Shown: piece by piece, positions 12,300 through 25,000 of the stretch
How positions within the stretch are numbered: the stretch's first letter is position 1
How the letters are laid out: every line of letters begins with the position of its first letter
Source of the DNA: Amphiscolops sp. MND2022
Lineage: Eukaryota
Assembly (NCBI GenBank): GCA_964187785.1
Contig: OZ076409.1
Location: 92,008,001-92,072,000 of the forward strand
Direction: 5' to 3'
DNA length: 64,000 bases
Notes under the pieces: generated by a model
Seen by the model: the letters and a program-made list of their open reading frames with translations, nothing else
Told to the model about the DNA's origin: nothing
The model's database searches: none
Made by a program: the position numbers and the translations under genes

Positions 12300-13824
12300 T
12301 ACCCATTTCAGATTTGCGTTCATTCCACAAATATTGGCATTTATTAAGTTTTACGAAAGTGGTGCCCCTGGGTTTAAACAATGTAAGCAAAGCGGTGCGG
12401 CAATCAAATTTTCAGATCTCCACACACATGGAACATCATTGAAAAACCATATCATGCGCCATCACAGACATTCGGTTGACGAAGAGTGTACAATTTACTT
12501 TTATGGCCCGGCCTAAAAGCAGGGTACCGACTAAATAGCAAGTTACTTCTTATTGCAATGAATTATCTGATTAGATTTTTATTTTATTGGGAATTAAATT
12601 TTTCTTAATGTTAAAAATGATTAAATTAATAATCTGAAATCAATTATTTGATTGACAGCTGTATACTTCAGAATGATGAAAGTATTAGGGACCATCGAAA
12701 GTAATTTGTACCACTAAGAGGAAGCCAACAGATATAAAATCCCGAAACTGGAGGATTATTAGGTAAAAAATGAAAACGATTATCCAACGTTACCAAAGCT
12801 ACACAGAGTTAAGATAGCTCATTGCTGTTCTAGTCATGTCTTACCATTCGAAATTGTTGAGGAACCAATTTTCAAATGGAGTTTTAATTTTGGGGGTATT
12901 AACCGGAAGGCGATAGCGGAAAAAACAAGCGTTCCGGCAAAAGACTGGCGGGACAAAATCACAAATATTTTCAAGCAGAAACGTGTTTCATACATGCTGG
13001 ACGATTGGACAAACCCGGTTTCTAAAAATCATCATTTGTGCTTTATTTTCAAAATAAACGGCAAAATATTTTATTGGTCGAGTGTGGTGATTAACGACAA
13101 AACTGCCGCAAGTATCAAAAGTGAAACCATGAAAGTGTTCTGATCAAATTGAATGACAAGGCGGCAGAGTCGTTAGTTGTGTCGCAGACAACGCAAGAAA
13201 CATGCAAGCAGCATTGTGCAAAATTTGCGATGAAAAAGGGAACTGTGTCAATATCGGATGTTGTGTTCACTTATTAAACTTACTGACCGTAGATCTAATC
13301 AGAAGCATTGATGTTCTCAAGGCAGCTATGTAAAGTGTTGATGAACTTTTTAACAACGGCGAAGGTGAACAAATTAGTGCACATTCGTCTACGAGCAAAT
13401 TCAAGCGCAGAAAAGCTAGATGATATTCTATTCATTCGCTATAATTTTGAAAAGATCTCGAAGATTCGATCACCGGATTAGGAAGTCGAGGAAATAAACA
13501 AAGAAATCGAAAACTGGCAAGATTTATATCATACCATTGATTAAATGTCTTCATTTGGCGAAAATATAATGATATTTTGTCTAAATTTGGGATTTTCTCT
13601 GAGAGATAAGTAGGAAAACAAGTGATCTCAGATCAGTGTGCTGAATCCAGCGCTGTATACAGCAAAAAATGCTGTACGCAGCGCACAGCAATTAATAGGA
13701 AATACAGAAATTTTCCCATCCGACTGTGAGATTGGTCAATTTTCAACTAGTCTTGCCTTTCGAATCTGACTTTGACAATCGCTCATTCAGCCATCGATCG
13801 CGGTAACTGGACAGTTGACGAGAA
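12300..13824 (+). pseudogene. Decayed hAT DNA-transposon transposase, 5' part (interrupted by Gypsy-2)
   Basis: BED-finger-like QCKQSG..GTSLKNHIMRHH, PFEIVEEP, LDDWT, VADNARNM and GCCVHLLNL remnants. Confidence 0.7.
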
Positions 13825-13829
13825 TATTC

Positions 13830-15446
13830 TGTTACGACTATTGTTCGGTGTCGTTTTAGAACTAGTCGCAGTTTGTGCTTTGACTGGGGTGGACGTTCTC
13901 GCTACGGAGACGTTTTCTTGGTCAGAATCAGAATCTTGCAAGTTCAGATTAACTGAGCGTTTCTTGTTCGCAGGTGCTATTAATTTGAGCATTTCCTTTT
14001 GATTTTCAGCTAATATTTTTGTTAGATCAGTCATTATCTCTTTTCTCAGAGTTGTTTTTATTTCCTCCAGGTTTTCAAGCTCAAGTCTAGGGTTTTTACT
14101 AGAACTAGGTATCAGGTTTTCGGTGGAGTTATTTTCAGCTAGGGAAGCTTCAAAATCTCCCGACGCTAACTCAGCTATAGCTTTTCTCTTCTGGCTCCTT
14201 GTCGTCGTTTTCAAAGTCGAGATATCAGAGTCTTTGGCAAGAATTAAATTCTTCAAAGAAATTTTGAGTTTTCGTAATTACAACGAGCAACAAAGTTTTG
14301 AAACAAATTCAAGTTCAACTAAAAATACATGTCCTCTCTACATATTTATACCTTCTTAGCATCATTTGTTCCTCACCTAAAAACTCCTAGGAATCTTAAA
14401 AATCGGGTTTGTTCAACAAAATTCGCCGATGATTCAAATTATTTCAGTCTGGCGTCATAAATTCAGGTATCGAAATTCCTAGTTGCGTCAACATTCCGTG
14501 AGACTTTGTTGAAATCATTTTTGTTCAGATAATCCATTTCCTGTTTGATCTTCAAAACCGCGGTAAAATGGAAGTCTAACTGACATTTTCATCGGCGTAG
14601 GCACGCCGGCGTGAACTATTAGTCAATATCCAACTCAAGGAGTTGGAATTTTGAGGAAAAAGATGATGTTCAAAAATGGTGACGGAAACGATACGTCGCT
14701 GAAAATTCGCCGTTGAGAATATTTGAAACGAGAAACAAATGATGCTGATGGGCATTAAGGCAGACTGACTTCAGTATACAACAAACATGAAATTCAACAT
14801 AATAATTGACTTGGGTTACGGGGATACTCCGTATCATGTCCCAAATACTATCTAACTGCAACAGCACAAGAATAAAAATAAAACAATGTAACAAAGGCAT
14901 TTCAAAACTGGTACAAATCCGAAATTGCTTTCGGGATCATTCATTCATCATCATATTTAGGGTTAGGTTATAAAATTAGCATCAAACAGACATCAGTATA
15001 ATTTACGTATACACTTCGTGACTTGGAATTAGGTCCTGAGTAATACAGCTTTTATCATACAGAAAACATGACGTAAGTTTACGAGGATTAGTGCAAAATC
15101 CATCACCATCAACTGATCATAAACTGCAAAGAAAGCATCGGCATGAATTACAGGTACACTCCGTAATATGGCGAACTTCAGAAGATTAAACCGGATATGG
15201 AAAATCTATTAAGCGTGAAATCTTTTAACCGGAAGTTTTAGCTAAAAATCATTTCTCAAAATATTTCGTGACGCATACGTTAGATTCTTATTCTGAAAAA
15301 TTGTCTACGAAATAATCTTAGCTGCACTGTAGGTAGAATTATATTAGTTTAGTTAGTATTTTAATGGTACTTGCAGTATCCCCTTCCTCTGCCTCTTCCT
15401 AGGGCGAAACACCATTCACACCCACGACCGGGAGCGGGTCGTGACA
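13830..15446 (-). repeat. Gypsy-2 terminal 3' LTR with an internal deletion of about 736 bp (equivalent to 33799-34534)
   Basis: Junction ccgtaaTAT/Ggcgaac at 15167-15169 with TAT microhomology. Confidence 0.92.
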
Positions 15447-16007
15447 GGGCCCCTCTCCTCGCTAAATACGTCGGTAGGCCGTGGCAATGGGGAATTTCTT
15501 TTGTGACTAGCACTGAGGGTCGGCTTAGGTAACTTCTCATCGGGTGGGGGCCGCGACCTCTCCCCGCAGTCATACGGGCAATTCTCTTTTCTTCTTCTTC
15601 AAGTTCCCGCACCATGTTTTCAAAATGTTCCCGTTCCTCTTGGGTGATTTCGGGTGGCTTGATTGGTTCATTCAGATCATTCAAGCTTGAGTCTGCTAAT
15701 TGCGTGAGGGGGGTATTTACTTTTCCGCAAGGCTTGAAAGGAGGCTGGCTTGGCTTCTTTGCTACGTTATTTCCCCGTCCTAGGGACCTGAAAAATTGGC
15801 GGTCTTCTAAGTCAAGATCGTAGAGGGCCTCTAAGTCGTCTGCGGAGGGTCCGTTTCCTCCCTGGGCCACGATGGTCCCTCGTTTCCTTTCATTACCCAG
15901 TGTGGGGAAATTTTCTTTTTCTTTACTTTGAGGGGGGAGAGTAGGAGTCTCGGGTTCTTCATAGTAGTCATCAGAGTCGACGTCTTCGGGTAGGGCAAAA
16001 GATACTC
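15361..16007 (-). pseudogene. 5'-truncated third copy of ORF287
   Basis: Sequence breaks within the RVSF codons and joins LTR DNA. Confidence 0.85.
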
Positions 16008-17992
16008 CTTGTCGTCATTTTCAAAGTCGAGATATCAGAGTCTTTGGCAAGAATTAAATTCTTCAAAGAAATTTTGAGTTTTCGTAATTACAACGAGCAA
16101 CAAAGTTTTGAAACAAATTCAAGTTCAACTAAAAATACATGTCCTCTCTACATATTTATACCTTCTTAGCATCATTTGTTCCTCACCTAAAAACTCCTAG
16201 GAATCTTAAAAATCGGGTTTGTTCAACAAAATTCGCCGATGATTCAAATTATTTCAGTCTGGCGTCATAAATTCAGGTATCGAAATTCCTAGTTGCGTCA
16301 ACATTCCGTGAGACTTTGTTGAAATCATTTTTGTTCAGATAATCCATTTCCTGTTTGATCTTCAAAACCGCGGTAAAATGGAAGTCTAACTGACATTTTC
16401 ATCGGCGTAGGCACGCCGGCGTGAACTATTAGTCAATATCCAACTCAAGGAGTTGGAATTTTGAGGAAAAAGATGATGTTCAAAAATGGTGACGGAAACG
16501 ATACGTCGCTGAAAATTCGCCGTTGAGAATATTTGAAACGAGAAACAAATGATGCTGATGGGCATTAAGGCAGACTGACTTCAGTATACAACAAACATGA
16601 AATTCAACATAATAATTGACTTGGGTTACGGGAATACTCCGTATCATGTCCCAAATACTATCTAACTGCAACAGCACAAGAATAAAAATAAAACAATGTA
16701 ACAAAGGCATTTCAAAACTGGTACAAATCCGAAATTGCTTTCGGGATCATTCATTCATCATCATATTTAGGGTTAGGTTATAAAATTAGCATCAAACAGA
16801 CATCAGTATAATTTACGTATACACTTCGTGACTTGGAATTAGGTCCTGAGTAATACAGCTTTTATCATACAGAAAACATGACGTAAGTTTACGAGGATTA
16901 GTGCAAAATCCATCACCATCAACTCATCATAAACTGCAAAGAAAGCATCGGCATGAATTACAGGTACACTCCGTAATATAGTATTTGAAAGGTATAGCAA
17001 TGGCTTAATAAATTAGTATAGAATTCAAGACATTACAACTTTGTTCTTCTCATAATCCTTCCTCACAGTGCAGCTGTTTTCCTCTAAAACCTAATCAAGA
17101 AATTCCTTAGCTAATAATGAACCAGGAAAAATTCTCTTAAACTTTCATTCGTTCCATTCTTTTCTAACTATATGTTCTCAAACCACTCCGCAAATGCTTC
17201 GTATGTATTAAGATTGCTTATAGTAGAGCGGTGGACTACAATTTTACAATTCGCCACGTAACTGCTACGTACGTATAAAGATTGCTTATAGCTAGTAGGT
17301 CAGAGTGGACAGAAAGCGAGCGGAACGCGTAGGCGAATTCATTCTTTCTCTCTTATTCTGATTGGCGTTGCTAGGGGCAACCGAATTCAATACCGCTCGC
17401 GCTAGCTAAGAATAATCCTGCCGAGGAGGTGACGTTATTAGTCCGCGAAAGTAGAATATCTAATTTTAACTCAGTAGAGTGACGCCGTCATTACGTTGTA
17501 AATCCTCTCTTAAGTCACTTGATTGCGCCTTAAGTGGGTATTGACAACTACTTTATCACAGAAAACACCAAAACAACTCTGTCTTTTATGTATTTTTCCT
17601 TTTAGATCGTATGGATTCCGTTGGGATTGCGGGATTTTAAATGTGTTTTATTTTAGTGTGGAACTGAAGAAAAATCCCTGTTGTTAAATGTCTATTTTGG
17701 TATTTAGATCAGTATGGCGAACTTCAGAAGATTAAACCGGATATGGAAAATCTATTAAGCGTGAAATCTTTTAACCGGAAGTTTTAGCTAAAAATCATTT
17801 CTCAAAATATTCCGTGACGCATACGTTAGATTCTTATTCTGAAAAATTGTCTACGAAATAATCTTAGCTGCACTGTAGGTAGAATTATATTAGTTTAGTT
17901 AGTATTTTAATGGTACTTGCAGTATCCCCTTCCTCTGCCTCTTCCTAGGGCGAAACACCATTCACACCCACGACCGGGAGTGGGTCGTGACA
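16005..17992 (-). repeat. Extra internal LTR copy lacking about 365 bp at the U5 end
   Basis: Matches about 32824-34811; junction with CTC microhomology at 16005-16007. Confidence 0.92.
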
Positions 17993-18770
17993 GGGCCCCT
18001 CTCCTCGCTAAATACGTCGGTAGGCCGTGGCAATGGGGAATTTCTTTTGTGACTAGCACTGAGGGTCGGCTTAGGTAACTTCTCATCGGGTGGGGGCCGC
18101 GACCTCTCCCCGCAGTCATACGGGCAATTCTCTTTTCTTCTTCTTCAAGTTCCCGCACCATGTTTTCAAAATGTTCCCGTTCCTCTTGGGTGATTTCGGG
18201 TGGCTTGATTGGTTCATTCAGATCATTCAAGCTTGAGTCTGCTAATTGCGTGAGGGGGGTATTTACTTTTCTGCAAGGCTTGAAAGGAGGCTGGCTTGGC
18301 TTCTTTGCTACGTTATTTCCCCGTCCTAGGGACCTGAAAAATTGGCGGTCTTCTAAGTCAAGATCGTAGAGGGCCTCTAAGTCGTCTGCGGAGGGTCCGT
18401 TTCCTCCCTGGGCCACGATGGTCCCTCGTTTCCTTTCATTACCCAGTGTGGGGAAATTTTCTTTTTCTTTACTTTGAGGGGGGAGAGTAGGAGTCTCGGG
18501 TTCTTCATAGTAGTCATCAGAGTCGACGTCTTCGGGTAGGGCAAAAGATACTCTTGTTAGCCTTTTCTTTTTCCTGGGTGTCGGTGTTTCTTTCGCTGGC
18601 GATTCTGGGCTTGACTCTAATTCGGCGTCGCTTCCACGGTAAACTTCCGTGGAAGAGTCACTGAGGTCAAGTCTTCCGACCATATTTACCGGTACGGTCT
18701 TCAATGGCGTGCTATGTCTCATATTTTCTTCATCTGATGAGATGTCGATGACTAGTGAATATCCTGCCAT
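17907..18770 (-). CDS. Second full copy of ORF287
   Basis: Offset 2650 bp from the copy at 20557; two amino-acid differences (G/R, T/A). Confidence 0.8.
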   Translation of the reverse strand: MAGYSLVIDISSDEENMRHSTPLKTVPVNMVGRLDLSDSSTEVYRGSDAELESSPESPAKETPTPRKKKRLTRVSFALPEDVDSDDYYEEPETPTLPPQSKEKENFPTLGNERKRGTIVAQGGNGPSADDLEALYDLDLEDRQFFRSLGRGNNVAKKPSQPPFKPCRKVNTPLTQLADSSLNDLNEPIKPPEITQEEREHFENMVRELEEEEKRIARMTAGRGRGPHPMRSYLSRPSVLVTKEIPHCHGLPTYLARRGALSRPTPGRGCEWCFALGRGRGRGYCKYH

Positions 18771-19414
18771 TTTTTAAAGCGGTAGAAATTGCGAAGTTTC
18801 TTTAATTTATGTAGGCGAGATTGTTTATTTAGATTAGTGAAGCGCTGGTCAAGCCTTGTGAAAATTGAACGACAAATGAACGTTTCACTTTGCTTTCTTT
18901 CGTAATTTCCATCGAATTCTTATTGGTCGATTTCTGTTTTCGTTCCGGTTCGTCCCGAGTTAGGTGAAACGAACTCTTTCCTGCTGCGCTGTGATTGGTT
19001 TAAATCCTTAAGGAAAACTTCTAATTTTAGCTCTCGTCCTCTTTTAGATTAATGGCGTAATGACATCTTTGACTTTCATTGTCGAATTACGTCCGTATTT
19101 CATGATCTCTTGATGTTTTTCCATGATTTTCTTTAGTAATTCTCAATGAATGTCTCTCCACCAGTAGGGTTTTTGGAAACGTTTTGTTTCGTCAATGCTT
19201 ATGATAAGCTTGAGATGTGAAGCTATGAATGGTTCCTTTTCCTTTTGAGCGAGAATGATATTAAGTTCATTTAATTAGATGCGTTCACGTAACGCGTTTT
19301 CGTCTTTTTCATTTTTCTTTTTAGGATTTCCGTGATAGTTCCGTGTAGTTTCTGTTTTATATTTCTTTTTTCTTTTAGATTTCCTTGACAAGTTCGTCTT
19401 TCTTCGTGTCTGGT

Positions 19415-19765
19415 ATGATGGATCAAGAAGAGGTAGAACGTGGCACTGCTGTAACTTCTGGTCACATAAGTGGAAATGAGACTGGCTACAATTATTCCGA
19501 AGATGACATAGTGTCTACGGAGAATGTAGTTGGATTGTCTACTTCAGGTTGGTAAATACTTTCTGATTTCCATGGGAATCCGGACCTTGGTATTTTTGGT
19601 GATCAGCCTTTTTGGTCCTACCCGTAACTCTGACGCGTCTGAATCCAGATCTTGATTTTCAGTAGCTCAACCTGGTTTTCCTTCCACTTCTCTTGGATTG
19701 GTTGTGGGAAATCCCTCTCCCGTCTTGCCACCAGCTAGTAGTCTCCTGTCAGTTGGAACTCCTCC
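19415..19765 (+). pseudogene. Duplicated exon 1 and part of exon 2 of the cargo gene
   Basis: Part of the 2650-bp tandem unit; truncated at the junction. Confidence 0.75.
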
Positions 19766-20642
19766 AATGAACCAGGAAAAATTCTCTTAAACTTTCATTC
19801 GTTCCATTCTTTTCTAACTATATGTTCTCAAACCACTCCGCAAATGCTTCGTATGTATTAAGATTGCTTATAGTAGAGCGGTGGACTACAATTTTACAAT
19901 TCGCCACGTAACTGCTACGTACGTATAAAGATTGCTTATAGCTAGTAGGTCAGAGTGGACAGAAAGCGAGCGGAACGCGCAGGCGAATTCATTCTTTCTC
20001 TCTTATTCTGATTGGCGTTGCTAGGGGCAACCGAATTCAATACCGCTCGCGCTAGCTAAGAATAATCCTGCCGAGGAGGTGACGTTATTAGTCCGCGAAA
20101 GTAGAATATCTAATTTTAGCTCAGTAGAGTGACGCCGTCATTACGTTGTAAATCCTCTCTTAAGTCACTTGATTGCGCCTTAAGTGGGTATTGACAACTA
20201 CTTTATCACAGAAAACACCAAAACAACTCTGTCTTTTATGTATTTTTCCTTTTAGATCGTATGGATTCCGTTGGGATTGCGGGATTTTAAATGTGTTTTA
20301 TTTTAGTGTGGAACTGAAGAAAAATCCCTGTTGTTAAATGTCTATTTTGGTATTTAGATCAGTATGGCGAACTTCAGAAGATTAAACCGGATATGGAAAA
20401 TCTATTAAGCGTGAAATCTTTTAACCGGAAGTTTTAGCTAAAAATCATTTCTCAAAATATTCCGTGACGCATACGTTAGATTCTTATTCTGAAAAATTGT
20501 CTACGAAATAATCTTAGCTGCACTGTAGGTAGAATTATATTAGTTTAGTTAGTATTTTAATGGTACTTGCAGTATCCCCTTCCTCTGCCTCTTCCTAGGG
20601 CGAAACACCATTCACACCCACGACCGGGAGCGGGTCGTGACA
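19766..20642 (-). repeat. Extra internal partial LTR (U3 side, about 877 bp)
   Basis: Matches about 33936-34811; blunt junction at 19765/19766. Confidence 0.92.
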
Positions 20643-21420
20643 GGGCCCCTCTCCTCGCTAAATACGTCGGTAGGCCGTGGCAATGGGGAATTTCTTTTGT
20701 GACTAGCACTGAGGGTCGGCTTAGGTAACTTCTCATCGGGTGGGGGCCGCGACCTCTCCCCGCAGTCATACGGGCAATTCTCTTTTCTTCTTCTTCAAGT
20801 TCCCGCACCATGTTTTCAAAATGTTCCCGTTCCTCTTGGGTGATTTCGGGTGGCTTGATTGGTTCATTCAGATCATTCAAGCTTGAGTCTGCTAATTGCG
20901 TGAGGGGGGTATTTACTTTTCTGCAAGGCTTGAAAGGAGGCTGGCTTGGCTTCTTTGCTACGTTATTTCCCCGTCCTAGGGACCTGAAAAATTGGCGGTC
21001 TTCTAAGTCAAGATCGTAGAGGGCCTCTAAGTCGTCTGCGGAGGGTCCGTTTCCTCCCTGGGCCACGATGGTCCCTCGTTTCCTTTCATTACCCAGTGTG
21101 GGGAAATTTTCTTTTTCTTTACTTTGAGGGGGGAGAGTAGGAGTCTCGGGTTCTTCATAGTAGTCATCAGAGTCGACGTCTTCGGGTAGGGCAAAAGATA
21201 CTCTTGTTAGCCTTTTCTTTTTCCTGGGTGTCGGTGTTTCTTTCGCTGGCGATTCTGGGCTTGACTCTAATTCGGCGTCGCTTCTACGGTAAACTTCCGT
21301 GGAAGAGTCACTGAGGTCAAGTCTTCCGACCATATTTACCGGTACGGTCTTCAATGGCGTGCTATGTCTCATATTTTCTTCATCTGATGAGATGTCGATG
21401 ACTAGTGAATATCCTGCCAT
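20557..21420 (-). CDS. ORF287: accessory 287-aa protein of unknown function, overlapping PPT and U3
   Basis: Intact ATG..TAA ORF with RKKKR, RVSF, acidic tracts, GRG repeats and C-terminal CEWC-x11-CKYH. Confidence 0.8.
   Translation of the reverse strand: MAGYSLVIDISSDEENMRHSTPLKTVPVNMVGRLDLSDSSTEVYRRSDAELESSPESPAKETPTPRKKKRLTRVSFALPEDVDSDDYYEEPETPTLPPQSKEKENFPTLGNERKRGTIVAQGGNGPSADDLEALYDLDLEDRQFFRSLGRGNNVAKKPSQPPFKPCRKVNTPLTQLADSSLNDLNEPIKPPEITQEEREHFENMVRELEEEEKRIARMTAGRGRGPHPMRSYLSRPSVLVTKEIPHCHGLPTYLARRGALSRPAPGRGCEWCFALGRGRGRGYCKYH
20643..20659 (-). promoter_or_regulatory. Polypurine tract AGCGAGGAGAGGGGCCC before LTR TG (copies at 15447 and 17993)
   Basis: Purine run abutting the TGTCACG LTR start. 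Confidence 0.75.
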
Positions 21421-22065
21421 TTTTTAAAGCGGTAGAAATTGCGAAGTTTCTTTAATTTATGTAGGCGAGATTGTTTATTTAGATTAGTGAAGCGCTGGTC
21501 AAGCTTTGTGAAAATTGAACGACAAATGAACGTTTCACTTTGCTTTCTTTCGTAATTTCCATCGAATTCTTATTGGTCGATTTCTGTTTTCGTTCCGGTT
21601 CGTCCCGAGTTAGGTGAAACGAACTCTTTCCTGCTGCGCTGTGATTGGTTTAAATCCTTAAGGAAAACTTCTAATTTTAGCTCTCGTCCTCTTTTAGATT
21701 AATGGCGTAATGACATCTTTGATTTTCATTGTCGAATTACGTCCGTATTTCATGATCTCTTGATGTTTTTCCATGATTTTCTTTAGTAATTCTCAATGAA
21801 TGTCTATCCACCAGTAGGGTTTTTGGAAACGTTTTGTTTCGTCAATGCTTATGATAAGCTTGAGATGTGAAGCTATGAATGGTTCCTTTTCCTTTTGAGC
21901 GAGAATGATATTAAGTTCTTTTAATTAGATGCGTTCACGTAACGCGTTTTCGTCTTTTTCATTTTTCTTTTTAGGATTTCCGTGATAGTTCCGTGTAGTT
22001 TCTGTTTTATATTTCTCTTTTTCTTTTAGATTTCCTTGACAAGTTCGTCTTTCTTCGTGTCTGGT

Positions 22066-25000
22066 ATGATGGATCAAGAAGAGGTAGAACGTGGCACTGC
22101 TGTAACTTCTGGTCACATAAGTGGAAATGAGACTGGCTACAATTATTCCGAAGATGACATAGTGTCTACGGAGAATGTAGTTGGATTGTCTACTTCAGGT
22201 TGGTAAAATCTTTCTGACTTCCATGGGAATCCGGACCTTGGTATTTTTGGTGATCAGCCTTTTTGGTCCTACCCGTAACTCTGACGCGTCTGAATCCAGA
22301 TCTTGATTTTCAGTAGCTCAACCTGGTTTTCCTTCCACTTCTCTTGGATTGGTTGTGGGAAATCCCTCTCCCGTCTTGCCACCAGCTAGTAGTCTCCTGT
22401 CAGTTGGAACTCCTCCTGGCTTTAGGGCTGCGCTTGCCCAGGCAGCTACGTCGGCCGTGCCCGCTGAATTTCCTCCTACTGAGGATATTGTTACGACTTG
22501 CTCTCGTACTCAACTCGATGCTGTGTCTCAAGGAGGTGAGACTAATTCCCCCTCCGAGGAAGAAACAAGTTAGTAGGTTTTGTCGTTGTCGTATTAATGC
22601 GCTGAAAAAAGGTGGCTAGTGATGGGAGTATTGGGTTTGTGTTTAGGTCCTTCAGTTCGTCAAAGGCGGTCACAGGTCGTGAGCTTTTCGACACCGCCTA
22701 AACGAGCTAAAACGGGCGATACTCCTCCTCCTTCACCATTGACTCCTGCCGAGGGGTGGATTAGTTAGTGCATTTTGTATTATCGCACTGTTGCACGGGT
22801 ATTGTTGTGGGGTTCGAATATCTTGACGAGTTAAAATAGTGTGATTTTTGAAATCATCTACTTTGTAAGGTTGTTTTGTAGTGTCATTGTGTTGTAGGTA
22901 ACGACGAGTTGACGTTGAGTCCGCAGGGTCTGAAGTTGATGGGTCAGCAGATTGTGGAAGAAGTTGACACCCGGACTGCTCGGGCAATTCGGAATAGTGA
23001 GTATTTGTTTGTACTATATGCATAGGTTAGTTGCAGGGTGGGTTTTTAGGGTATGGTTTTCCACGATGTCATTCCGTTTGTCGTGTGTTGCAGGTTTCAG
23101 TGAGTTGAAAACGAGGATGGACGCGCAAACTGACAGTCGCACAAAAGCCAAAAAGTACAGTCGCAAGAACATGTTGAGCAAACGCATGTTATCGTTGCAT
23201 CCCGCATACCGTGATTTCGTGAGTGGATCAAAGACGGGGGCCGGGACTCACTTTCATTGCCTGGTCTGTAAGCGTGATGTGGCCATGGGATCGCAGGGGT
23301 CTCGAGAGTTTGCTCGGCATTTCCAGTCTGACAGTCACTGGGACAAGGATGTCGTATACCGGGTTCATATGGGCATGCCCGTGTTGAACAAACTGATGGA
23401 GCCCTTGCAGCTAAGTGAAGAGCAGCTTGCTGAGTATCGCGCGAAGCCTTTCGTTGAGCTGGGTACTGGGTATCCGTTTCCTGAGGATCTCCTGCCGAAA
23501 CACTCCCGCGTGGAATCAAAAATTCCCTTCATGACCTTTGTGGGCTGTCTCTGTGATTTGTTGCGTTGTGGAGGCGATTTTGCTCTGGTGCGGCAACTCT
23601 GGAGTCACTTTTGTGTGTCACTGGACAAGCAGAAGGCTGATTTCGCTTTGCATTGGAGTCGTTCGGAATCCGTGGTAACTTGTGTGTTTTGTGTGTTTGG
23701 CTTCCTGTTCATCGTTTGGAGTTTGAGAGTTCATAATTTCCCGGTTTTATTTGTTGTTTTCAATAGTGTTCTTCTTTTGGAGTTATTGTGCTCTTCTTCT
23801 CTCTTTTTTTTCTTTCTTTTTTTTCTTTTTTTTTCAGACGTAGGTATAACGAATCATTGTGGCGTTTGTATTTTAGTCGTTTCTCTGTCAGGGGCTTGCT
23901 CCTCGAGTTCTTCGTCTAATGGTCAATGGGATAACGACGTTCAAGGACTATAGTGTCCAGTTCGAGAAGGATCTTTTCGTGTAGCGTTGCTACGTCCTAT
24001 TTTGGGAAAGTAATCAGTTGAAGAAAGTGTGTGTGGGGAGTGAGCCTATTGATCAGCCTGTTCCTGATGCAGAGTTGGTACCCCTGTCCCGCGTGATCCA
24101 TGTTCTGGAGTCAAAGCATTTGCCGTTAATTGTTCGTGGTGCCAGTCCCAGTTTGCTGAGTGTGATGGGCAGTAATCGTTCGGATGGTCGCCGTTTTGTT
24201 GTGTACCACGAGTTCAATGAGGAGACCTTCATACAGTTCCTGCGTCAAGCTCATCAGGACATATTTGGGATGGTAGATATCATTACCATCGTGGAGTATT
24301 TGATTCAAGGGCTCCGGAATGCTGTTTACGAGGAGTGGACGGAGGACAAGGTTGTGCTATGCAGATGTCTTCGAAGAGGCTCCGTTGAGTTCTATGAGTA
24401 TCGCGAGTTGTTGACAGACTTGATTAGTCTTTGGCCTTCAATTCGTCCGTACATCCGTTGTACTGTCAATCCCGAAGCACGTGGCAAATCAGCTACTGTT
24501 AGTATTTTTATTGGTTGCTTTGTCGTTTGCATCACGTGTTGTTTGTAGCTATAGTCGGTTTGATTGTGTTTTTGTTCTTTTCCAGATGTTTGGGACAGAC
24601 TGGCATCTGATTGCTGATAACATGATCGTGCAGCGCTTGGGTCTGTTGCGATTTGTTCTCGACACTTGTAAGTATGATGCTGATTGGTGTTGTTCTCAAT
24701 TGATGCTTGTATCTATCCAGTATAATTGTGTCGTTTGTTATTGTCTGATTGCGTTTGGTGTTCGGTTGTAGTGTTCGGTATTATCTTTGTAAACCCTTGT
24801 TGGTGTTTTAGTTCAAATTAATTTTGAGCAGATGCGTCAGCAACGAAAGGATTACGGCTTCCATGGCTACAGTGAATTGTGTCATTTTGTGTACTGTCTA
24901 CTTCTGCGGACTCGGGAGATTGAGTCATTGCCTGGTATCCATGATTGGGAGGCGTACATGGACGTGAAGAAAATGTCCGAATACCCTGCTGCATCAATGG

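Noticed and set aside
13783-14256. 157-aa ORF as a separate gene
   Set aside because: It is the LTR-encoded Gag N-terminus running into flanking DNA.
14670-14900. 76-aa hydrophobic ORF repeated three times (also 16480-16710, 33299-33529)
   Set aside because: Repetition only reflects LTR copies; no motif or independent evidence of coding.
22952-23953. ORF-track 333-aa protein with a hydrophobic C-terminus
   Set aside because: The hydrophobic stretch is translation of T-rich intron 5, and the N-terminus is out-of-frame exon 4 plus intron 4; the spliced model explains it better.
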